Source: Nitrosopumilaceae archaeon
Lineage (GTDB): Archaea > Thermoproteota > Nitrososphaeria > Nitrososphaerales > Nitrosopumilaceae
Length of the DNA stretch: 32,000 nucleotides
Direction of reading: 5' to 3'
Assembly: GCA_040877685.1 (NCBI GenBank)
Contig: JBBDNF010000013.1
Coordinates: 21,886-53,885 of the forward strand
Numbering within the stretch: the first letter of the stretch is position 1; each line of letters starts with the position of its first letter. The notes beneath the pieces are model-generated. The model had not been told where the DNA came from. It ran no database searches and saw nothing but the letters and a program-made list of their open reading frames with translations. The position numbers were made by a program, and so were the translations under genes. Shown here piece by piece: positions 1 through 5,910 of the stretch.

Positions 1-2000
1 ATAGGCAGATGACAATAGTTCAAGCAAACGTTACCTTACTTTATGAAGCAGGTGGTCAGGAGTACGTAATCAACATGATTGATACACCAGGCCACATTGA
101 CTTTACAGGACGTGTTACAAGAAGCCTTAGGGCAATAGATGGTGCTGTGGTCGTTTCAGACTCTGTTGAAGGGATAATGACACAGACAGAGACTGTAACA
201 AGGCAGGCCCTTGAGGAAAGAGTCAGACCAGTTTTATACATTAACAAGATAGACCGTCTCATAAAAGAGCTCAGGCTTGAGCCAGATAAGATGCAAGAGT
301 GGCTTGTGGAGATAATTACTGACTTTAACAGACTAATCGACATTTACGCTGAACCAGAATACAAAGAAAAGTGGAAGGTAAGCATCCAAGACGGTAGTGT
401 TTCCTTTGGATCCGCAAAGGACAGATGGGGTTTCAATATAGATATCATGAAGAAAAAGGGAATTTCGTTCAAAGATGTCTACACAGCTTATGCGGAGGGT
501 GGTGACCTCAAAGGTCTTGCTGAAAAGGCGCCACTTTATGATGCAGTCCTTGGAATGGTTGTAAAGCATCACCCCTCACCTGATGTAGCACAAAAATACA
601 GAATTCCAAAAATTTGGAAAGGAGATTTGGAGTCTGATATTGGTAAAGCACTTTTGAATTGTGATGACAATGGTCCAGCTATTATGATGATTGTAAACAT
701 GACAGTTGATCCAGCTGCTGGCCCTGTAGCTATTGGCAGATTATTTTCTGGCAAGCTAAAAGATGGTGACAGGATTCACATTATAGATACAAAAAGAGAA
801 GGAAGGATCCAGTCAGTTAACTTTTTCATGGGAAACCAGCGTGAGATGGTAGGCGAACTTGCAGCAGGAAATATTCCAGCTCTTCTTGGGTTAGAACATG
901 CAAGAGCTGGTCAAACATTATCAAGTGTTGCTGGCATTCATACATTTGAAGGAATCCATTACGTTTCTGAGCCCGTAGTTCAGATGGCTGTTGAGCCAAA
1001 ACATCCAAAGGATCTACCCAAGCTTGTCGAGGCTTTACGTAGAATTACGATAGAAGATCCAAACCTTGTTGTCAAAATCAATGAGGAGAGTGGGGAGACA
1101 ATAATTGCCGGCATGGGTGTCTTGCACCTTGAGATAGCGACATCACTGATTGCAGATGCTGGAGTCGAAATTGTAACTTCACAGCCTTTGATCAATTATA
1201 GAGAAACAATCAGAGTACCAGCAGGTCCTGTCATGTCTAAATCGCCAAACAGACACAACAAGATCTTTATGAAAGTAGAACCCCTTGATGAGAAAGTTGC
1301 CGAGATGATTAGAAACGGTACGCTTAACGAGTACAAAGACACGAAAGAAGTTGCAGAGATTTTAAGAAATGCCGGCTGGGATCGTGATGAAGCAAAGCGC
1401 GTCATGCGATTTGATCCAAGAGGAAATGTCATGGTCGATGGCACGAAGGGTGTGCAGTTCATCCAAGAATCAAGTGATTCTATTTTGTCAGGCTTTGAAG
1501 ATACCATGAAGGAAGGACCGCTCACAAGGGAGCAAGTTAGAGGATGCAAGTTTGTCTTTCATCACTTTGTTCCCCATGAAGATCCGGCTCACAGAGGTCT
1601 GTCACAGCTTGGCCCTGCATCAAGACGAGCCTGTATGGGTGTGATGCTTTCAGCGCAACCCGTACTTTTAGAACCAACACTTGGAATCGAAGTCAGAGTT
1701 CCACAAGAAATGATTGGAAACGTTGCAGGAGTAATATCTGGAAAAAGAGGCAAGGTATTAAACATGGAACAAAAAGGTGTTGTGCACATTCTTACCGGTG
1801 AGCTGCCAGCGTCTGAAACTTTTGATCTTTCTGAAGTTATGCGAGGTCAGACAGCTGGAAAGGCAATGTGGAATACACATTTTAAAGCTTGGACTCCTGT
1901 TCCAAACTCTGTCTTGCTAACATTAATGGGAGAAATCAGAAAGAGAAAGGGCCTTAGTCCAGAACCACCTACTGTAGATGAGTTCATAGACAACGAGTAA
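1..2000 (+). CDS. fusA: Translation elongation factor 2 (aEF-2), N-terminus cut by the left window edge
   Basis: The reading frame of ORF 9..2000 stays open to the window edge (codon phase starts at nt 3). It has GTPase motifs 'DTPGHIDF' and 'NKIDR' and the diphthamide loop 'HEDPAHRG'. The P-loop is absent, so the true start lies upstream of the window. Confidence 0.95.
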   Translation, partial: RQMTIVQANVTLLYEAGGQEYVINMIDTPGHIDFTGRVTRSLRAIDGAVVVSDSVEGIMTQTETVTRQALEERVRPVLYINKIDRLIKELRLEPDKMQEWLVEIITDFNRLIDIYAEPEYKEKWKVSIQDGSVSFGSAKDRWGFNIDIMKKKGISFKDVYTAYAEGGDLKGLAEKAPLYDAVLGMVVKHHPSPDVAQKYRIPKIWKGDLESDIGKALLNCDDNGPAIMMIVNMTVDPAAGPVAIGRLFSGKLKDGDRIHIIDTKREGRIQSVNFFMGNQREMVGELAAGNIPALLGLEHARAGQTLSSVAGIHTFEGIHYVSEPVVQMAVEPKHPKDLPKLVEALRRITIEDPNLVVKINEESGETIIAGMGVLHLEIATSLIADAGVEIVTSQPLINYRETIRVPAGPVMSKSPNRHNKIFMKVEPLDEKVAEMIRNGTLNEYKDTKEVAEILRNAGWDRDEAKRVMRFDPRGNVMVDGTKGVQFIQESSDSILSGFEDTMKEGPLTREQVRGCKFVFHHFVPHEDPAHRGLSQLGPASRRACMGVMLSAQPVLLEPTLGIEVRVPQEMIGNVAGVISGKRGKVLNMEQKGVVHILTGELPASETFDLSEVMRGQTAGKAMWNTHFKAWTPVPNSVLLTLMGEIRKRKGLSPEPPTVDEFIDNE

Positions 2001-2098
2001 AAAGGCAAAACCCCCCTCATTTGTGCCTGAAAATCTTCACGTTCTCGTAAACTTTGCAAATAGCTAACCAACGATTTGTATTGATTCCATGCCAGTGC

Positions 2099-2105
2099 TT
2101 TTATT
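2099..2105 (+). promoter_or_regulatory. TATA-like box ('ttttatt') for the 43-aa ORF
   Basis: The box is centred about 26 nt upstream of ATG 2128. This is the spacing expected for an archaeal leaderless transcript. Confidence 0.35.
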
Positions 2106-2127
2106 GTATTGAAACTCTAGAAAAATA

Positions 2128-2259
2128 ATGAAAGCAAAGTTTACCACTTCTTGTGTTGCTTGTGGTCAGAAAATAATGCCAGGAAAGGAAATTGCCAAAG
2201 ACCAAACGGGAATATGGGTTCACAAATATTGTGCTCCAGCGTCAAGTGATCTTCCATAG
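2128..2259 (+). CDS. 43-aa putative zinc-binding micro-protein (C-x2-C-x19-H-x2-C)
   Basis: ATG 2128 to TAG 2257-2259 encodes MKAKFTTSCVACGQKIMPGKEIAKDQTGIWVHKYCAPASSDLP. It is below the ORF-track cutoff. It has a TATA-like box at -26 and sits in an otherwise empty 300-bp gap. Confidence 0.5.
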   Translation: MKAKFTTSCVACGQKIMPGKEIAKDQTGIWVHKYCAPASSDLP

Positions 2260-2278
2260 TTCTTTTCTAACATTGTAG

Positions 2279-2285
2279 TATATAT
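2279..2285 (+). promoter_or_regulatory. TATA box ('tatatat') for the methyltransferase gene
   Basis: The box is centred about 27 nt upstream of the TTG start at 2309. Confidence 0.35.
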
Positions 2286-2308
2286 CGGAAAGTAATCCAC
2301 AGTAAACA

Positions 2309-3166
2309 TTGAGTATCGATCCAATCCAAGTTTTATTGTGGACATTTAGACGAAGCGAGAAAGATGTAATCAATCTTTACAACTCCTTATCGCAGGTTAT
2401 GCAGCTTGCAACTAGCAGTAGCATGCTTAATTTTGGATACTGGGATGCAAATACTCACAATCCTTTGCAGGCGCAACATGAATTGTGCAGATTAGTTGGT
2501 AAAATGGCTGAGCTAGATTCTGTAAAATATGTGATAGACGTGGGAAGTGGATTTTCTGCCCCTGCAGTTGAATGGAAGTCTGTATACAAATCACTTAAAA
2601 TTGTATGCGTCAACATCAATTTTCGGCAGTTGAAAAATTCAATTATGGTTGATGGCATCAATCTTGTAAACTCGACTTCCACATCATTACCATTTCCAAG
2701 ACAATCCGTAGACAGAATAATTGCATTAGAATCTGCACAGCATTTCAAACCTCTAAGTCATTTCATTAAAGAATCCAAACGAGTTCTAAAACAAAATGGA
2801 TTGCTAGTGCTTGCAATTCCAGTTACTGTTGCTAAACCATTAATGATGTTTGCAAAGCTTGGCATTCTTTCGCTAACTTGGTCGTCAGAACATTATGCGT
2901 TAGAATATGTTATATCTATAATCAAAAGGGAAGAATTTCAAATAATGGAAATAAAAAACATTGGTGCGAACGTCTATGGGCCACTGACTGATTATTATAT
3001 TAAAAACAGAAAAAATTTGAGAGAAACGATAATGAAAAAGTATCCATCTTATCTTGAAAATATTCTCTTTAGGTCTCTCATGCAGATGAAGAAAGTTTCA
3101 CAGGATAGGATCATTGATTATGTGTTAATAAAGTGCAAATCATCTAGAGGAATACAGAAAGCTTGA
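2309..3166 (+). CDS. Class I SAM-dependent methyltransferase (small-molecule type)
   Basis: It has Rossmann motif I 'VIDVGSGFSAP', downstream 'DRIIALESAQHF' and 'LKQNGLLVLAIP', and N-terminal 'NFGYWD' as in type-11/12 methyltransferases. There are no DNA-methyltransferase (D/N)PPY or PCQ motifs. The start codon is TTG. Confidence 0.8.
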   Translation: MSIDPIQVLLWTFRRSEKDVINLYNSLSQVMQLATSSSMLNFGYWDANTHNPLQAQHELCRLVGKMAELDSVKYVIDVGSGFSAPAVEWKSVYKSLKIVCVNINFRQLKNSIMVDGINLVNSTSTSLPFPRQSVDRIIALESAQHFKPLSHFIKESKRVLKQNGLLVLAIPVTVAKPLMMFAKLGILSLTWSSEHYALEYVISIIKREEFQIMEIKNIGANVYGPLTDYYIKNRKNLRETIMKKYPSYLENILFRSLMQMKKVSQDRIIDYVLIKCKSSRGIQKA

Positions 3167-3182
3167 AAATGATATTCAAAAT

Positions 3183-3214
3183 CTAGCCGATTTCTGTATA
3201 ATAAGATCGGTTAG
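3183..3214. terminator. 9-bp hairpin between convergent genes, followed by a T5 run
   Basis: 'ctagccgat' (3183-3191) pairs with 'atcggttag' (3206-3214) with one G-U pair and a 14-nt loop. It lies 17 nt after the methyltransferase stop and overlaps the stop of the minus-strand micro-ORF. 'ttttt' follows at 3225-3229. Confidence 0.3.
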
Positions 3215-3288
3215 TTACCGTGTCTTTTTCTAGTTCTTGCACCTTTTTTGCCTGCTGCTACATAAGATGCATGTGATCGCTTTTTCAT
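3211..3288 (-). CDS. 25-aa highly basic micro-ORF (MKKRSHASYVAAGKKGARTRKRHGN)
   Basis: ATG (plus-strand 'cat' 3286-3288) to TAA (3211-3213). 'attata' at 3313-3318 lies about 27 nt upstream on the coding strand. The ORF ends inside the hairpin. Confidence 0.3.
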   Translation of the reverse strand: MKKRSHASYVAAGKKGARTRKRHGN

Positions 3289-3403
3289 ACTTGAATTGGA
3301 GTGTGTCGAGTCATTATAGGGAGCTAGTTGCCAATAGTTGCTTTGTTAATGGAATTTTTTAAAGCTAATAAAAGTCGAAGGTATTATGGATTGGTGAAAG
3401 AAA

Positions 3404-3499
3404 TTGAGTTACTATAGACGAAAACGCTGTGAGGATTGTAACAGAATTAATTGCACGAAAGGATGTAATTGTGATTGCCATTATGACCCAAGAGGCTAA
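3404..3499 (+). CDS. 31-aa Cys-rich micro-ORF (C-x2-C-x4-C-x3-C-x-C-x-C-H)
   Basis: TTG 3404 to TAA 3497-3499 encodes (M)SYYRRKRCEDCNRINCTKGCNCDCHYDPRG. An 'aataaaa' box lies about 30 nt upstream. The only possible start is TTG, so confidence is low. Confidence 0.25.
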   Translation: MSYYRRKRCEDCNRINCTKGCNCDCHYDPRG

Positions 3500-3589
3500 A
3501 GAAGTCAAAATTTAGCTGATTTTCTGCTTCAAAGTGGAGTAACCATTTTTATAGACAGAGTAAAAAAAGTGAATTAAGCGTATTTCAGC

Positions 3590-3712
3590 TTAAAATCTTC
3601 GTTCGCCGCGGTGTTTTGGTAAACACTCACGACAATATACTGGTCTTCCTTCTTTTGGTTGGAATGGTACCTGTGTTTCTTTTTTACAGTCTGCACACGT
3701 GGCAGGGTACAT
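3590..3712 (-). CDS. 40-aa zinc-ribbon protein (C-x2-C-x17-C-x2-C)
   Basis: ATG (plus-strand 'cat' 3710-3712) to TAA (3590-3592) encodes MYPATCADCKKETQVPFQPKEGRPVYCRECLPKHRGERRF. The 'VPFxP...RPVYCxxC' string is a recurrent small zinc-ribbon signature. A TATA-like 'ataaatt' lies about 33 nt upstream. Confidence 0.6.
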   Translation of the reverse strand: MYPATCADCKKETQVPFQPKEGRPVYCRECLPKHRGERRF

Positions 3713-3795
3713 CGTTCTTTCGGGTTCCAATAATTCTTTGGAATTTATGACCAAATAAGAACTATTAACATGTGTACAGGCACAAAATTTGATAT

Positions 3796-4191
3796 TTAGG
3801 CGTTGGATTCTTCTATCTTTATTTTCAGATACTTGCCTGAACCGGCGGGAGGATTATCAAGGGTGTTAAAACTATGTTTGTGTTTAAAGTACAGGCCTTT
3901 TTCTAGATCTTTTCTCGTGTGTTCAGCATCAGATGTCACATACCTAAAAAACGCCTTTTTTTCTTTCAAGAAGTTCTTTAGTTTTTCATTTGGCTCATTA
4001 TCAGACAAATGTTCTGAATATACATGCTTCAAGTTTTCTGCCATACCAACATATCTTCTTGTGTATCCACCATCTGTTTTTTTTCGTCCTTGTATTTCAT
4101 ACACACCGGGCTTTTCAGGTATAGCGTTTATGTGAGTATTTTGAAGTGCTACTCTATTTGACCAAGTTATCTTGAAGGTGCAGTTTAACAC
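3796..4191 (-). CDS. Stand-alone GIY-YIG domain nuclease-like protein
   Basis: 'PGVYEIQG' is followed 11 residues later by 'RRYVGMAENLKHVYSEH' (GIY ... YIG-x3-N-L-x2-R/H pattern), with later conserved acidic residues ('KDLEKGLY'). The start is GTG. No extra DNA-binding domain is evident. Confidence 0.65.
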   Translation of the reverse strand: MLNCTFKITWSNRVALQNTHINAIPEKPGVYEIQGRKKTDGGYTRRYVGMAENLKHVYSEHLSDNEPNEKLKNFLKEKKAFFRYVTSDAEHTRKDLEKGLYFKHKHSFNTLDNPPAGSGKYLKIKIEESNA

Positions 4192-4256
4192 ACAGTGGTC
4201 TGATTTTCTTGTAATAAAAGAGCTTGTATTTGTAGAAAAGAATTGATGTCGATCTT

Positions 4257-4652
4257 TTACTTTTTCTCATCTTTTTGTAGTTTAAGAGAAGCGGAGTTTA
4301 TGCAGTATCGCAGATTTGTAGGAGTTGGACCATCATTAAATACATGTCCCAAATGAGCACCGCATTTGTTACACGTCACTTCTATTCTTATCATTCCATG
4401 ATTATGATCGACCTCACTTTTGACGTTCTCTGATTTCATAGGTTGCCAGAAGCTTGGCCAACCTGTACCTGAGTCAAACTTTGTTTCTGAGCTAAACAAT
4501 TCATTGCCACAGCACACACACTTGTAAACTCCTTTGTCTTTGCAATCACAATATTCTCCTGAAAAAGGTCTCTCTGTTCCTTTATTTCTACAAACATCGT
4601 ACTGTTCTGGTGTGAGTTTTTGTTTCCACTCATCGTCTGACTCGGATTTCAT
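4257..4652 (-). CDS. msrB: Peptide-methionine (R)-S-oxide reductase MsrB
   Basis: 'GTGWPSF' and the catalytic 'RYCINSASL' are present, along with two CxxC pairs ('CVCCGNELF', '[16 protein letters not shown]') of the structural zinc site. Its ATG overlaps the upstream gene's stop by 4 nt. Confidence 0.95.
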   Translation of the reverse strand: MKSESDDEWKQKLTPEQYDVCRNKGTERPFSGEYCDCKDKGVYKCVCCGNELFSSETKFDSGTGWPSFWQPMKSENVKSEVDHNHGMIRIEVTCNKCGAHLGHVFNDGPTPTNLRYCINSASLKLQKDEKK

Positions 4653-4927
4653 TTTCTCCTCCCACTTAGCATCTTCATAGCTTTGTCTCTTGTCATTGCT
4701 ACCATGGTTTCTGTTCTAGCTATGTCTGTACGACCAACTTTAAGGAACCACTCAAAGAGTTTTTCTTCGTTTGGAGCCTCTACTATCCATACTGCATCAT
4801 ATCTTCCCATGGTCCAATAAGATGCCTTGATGCGGATATTTTTTGGAGCAGTTTTTAGAACTTTGCTTCCATATTCTGCCACCTCTTTTGCACTTTTTTT
4901 GAATTTGACAAGAACTATGGCAATCAT
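4649..4927 (-). CDS. GYD-domain protein (function unknown)
   Basis: '[17 protein letters not shown]' is the GYD signature. I place the start at the internal ATG 4925-4927 ([10 protein letters not shown]...), not 4966. The longer form would overlap the C2H2 ORF, which stops at 4932. Confidence 0.8.
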   Translation of the reverse strand: MIAIVLVKFKKSAKEVAEYGSKVLKTAPKNIRIKASYWTMGRYDAVWIVEAPNEEKLFEWFLKVGRTDIARTETMVAMTRDKAMKMLSGRRK

Positions 4928-4931
4928 TTTC

Positions 4932-5090
4932 CTACCACATTCCTCCTCCACCGCCACGTTCATCAAAGCTTTTCTGGGAAGGGCGGCTGTGTGCTTTTTT
5001 CATATGTCTTTCCAATCGTTCTGGGTCATGCAGTTCCATGCCACATTCTTTGCATTTTGTTTCATTAGTTTTTTTCTTAAAAAGGCCCAT
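4932..5090 (-). CDS. 52-aa C2H2 zinc-finger micro-protein
   Basis: ATG (plus-strand 'cat' 5088-5090) to TAG (4932-4934) encodes MGLFKKKTNETKCKECGMELHDPERLERHMKKAHSRPSQKSFDERGGGGGMW. The spacing is exactly C-x2-C-x12-H-x4-H. A TATA-like 'ttttaataa' lies about 26 nt upstream on the coding strand. The stop is 4 nt before the GYD start. Confidence 0.65.
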   Translation of the reverse strand: MGLFKKKTNETKCKECGMELHDPERLERHMKKAHSRPSQKSFDERGGGGGMW

Positions 5091-5230
5091 GCAATATCAA
5101 CAATTGCCCATTATTAAAATCAAATTGTTTTTTGATTTAATATTTACTAATGCTTACTTGGATTCTGATGATTATCAGATTTGAGAATCATTATACGCTG
5201 TTAAATACAATTCTTACATTATAAGAAATG

Positions 5231-5292
5231 CCGGAAACGAGGGTATTAACCCAAGACGAACGTACTTAGGTATGCACGTATAGCGTTTCCGG
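5231..5292. ncRNA. Candidate structured small RNA (9-bp closing stem, two internal hairpins)
   Basis: 'ccggaaacg' (5231-5239) pairs perfectly with 'cgtttccgg' (5284-5292). Inside are GGGU-AUUA-ACCC (5241-5252) and ACG/AA/CGUAC-UUAG-GUAUG/CA/CGU (5256-5279). 'ttaaata' at 5201-5207 is about 26 nt upstream on the plus strand, and 'tttt' follows at 5300-5303. 'attttaa' at 5315-5321 is equally well placed for the minus strand. The strand is unresolved. Confidence 0.3.
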
Positions 5293-5342
5293 AACTATGT
5301 TTTAGTGACAATCAATTTTAACTACCAAAAATAATCTTACTA

Positions 5343-5597
5343 ATGGTTCAAGTTCTATACCAAGACCTAAGCAACTCCGACTCGAGGTATTATTACATTG
5401 GCATACCAAAGGATTGGAGTGGAGCCAGAGACGACGAAGTCACTGTAATTGTAGATGATGTATGCGTCATAGTTCCACAAACAATTGCCGGAGCAACAGG
5501 TGAACTATTAGTTCTAAGACTGCTTGAGGCAATGATGGCTGCAAATGTAATTGATGCCGGAGATATACAAAAGGCAATTGAGCATATTCTACTTTGA
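5343..5597 (+). CDS. 84-aa hypothetical protein (possible AbrB/SpoVT-like N-terminus)
   Basis: A TATA-like 'attttaa' lies 25 nt upstream of ATG 5343. 'YYIGIPKDWSG...DEVTVIVDD..VIVPQ' resembles a swapped-hairpin DNA-binding segment, but the match is weak. Confidence 0.55.
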   Translation: MVQVLYQDLSNSDSRYYYIGIPKDWSGARDDEVTVIVDDVCVIVPQTIAGATGELLVLRLLEAMMAANVIDAGDIQKAIEHILL

Positions 5598-5601
5598 TAT
5601 T

Positions 5602-5630
5602 AAGATCTCTTCATTGAGGATCTTTTTATT
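5602..5630 (+). terminator. Hairpin plus T-run after the 84-aa ORF; the T-run doubles as a TATA box for the next gene
   Basis: 'aagatc' (5602-5607) pairs with 'gatctt' (5619-5624), followed by 'tttatt'. The T/A-rich run 5622-5631 is about 26 nt upstream of ATG 5653. Confidence 0.3.
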
Positions 5631-5652
5631 TAGCCCCTATGCAAATCATAGC

Positions 5653-5910
5653 ATGGACAGTTGTGATATCAGAACTAGGGCCTACAAAAATGGCAAGACT
5701 TTTGATCAATGCAGGCAGATTGCAGAGACTGTTTCAAGACAGCTTGCAAAAAAAATAGACGAGACTGGCGTAGTATCTTGGAAAGAAATCCTAGAAACAG
5801 TTAGCCATGACGAGCTTGTATACAAGCTTACTCTGAAATATCTTCGACAAGATGACTATAACATTGGAGATTGGAAGACTCCCGAAGTAAAAAAGCCAGC
5901 TACGGTTTAG
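5653..5910 (+). CDS. 85-aa hypothetical protein
   Basis: This is the internal ATG of ORF 5551..5910. The upstream 34 codons overlap the previous gene and contain the hairpin and TATA box. No family was recognised. Confidence 0.5.
   Translation: MDSCDIRTRAYKNGKTFDQCRQIAETVSRQLAKKIDETGVVSWKEILETVSHDELVYKLTLKYLRQDDYNIGDWKTPEVKKPATV

Noticed and set aside
661-720. 'gtgatga' and 'atgatga' C-box-like strings inside the aEF-2 gene
   Set aside because: They lie inside a highly conserved CDS, with no D box, no terminal stem and no appropriate spacing.
2001-2030. Imperfect hairpin 'ggcaaaacccccctcatttgtgcc' after the aEF-2 stop as a terminator or ncRNA
   Set aside because: Only 4+2 base pairs are present, with an internal mismatch and no following T-run. 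This is too weak to call.
3803-4135. 110-aa plus-strand ORF opposite the GIY-YIG gene
   Set aside because: The minus-strand frame contains the GIY-YIG motifs. The plus-strand product is a Phe/Ser-rich shadow translation.
2309-4191. Methyltransferase plus GIY-YIG nuclease as a restriction-modification pair
   Set aside because: The methyltransferase lacks the DNA-methyltransferase catalytic motifs (DPPY/NPPY, PCQ/ENV) and looks like a small-molecule O/C-methyltransferase. The genes are convergent and separated by 630 bp containing other ORFs.
5161-5189. Hairpin 'gattc-TGATGA-ttatcagat-TTGA-gaatc' looking like a mini C/D (k-turn) RNA
   Set aside because: It has a C-box-like UGAUGA, but only UUGA instead of CUGA, and it lacks guide regions and C'/D' boxes. 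The same bases also form a plain 6-bp hairpin (tctgat/atcaga). It is more likely an operator or incidental inverted repeat in the divergent promoter gap.
5551-5652. N-terminal extension of the 85-aa ORF, or a +1 frameshift fusion of the 84-aa and 85-aa ORFs
   Set aside because: The overlap region contains a hairpin plus T-run and a TATA-like box correctly spaced for ATG 5653. There is no slippery sequence. The simpler reading is two separate genes.
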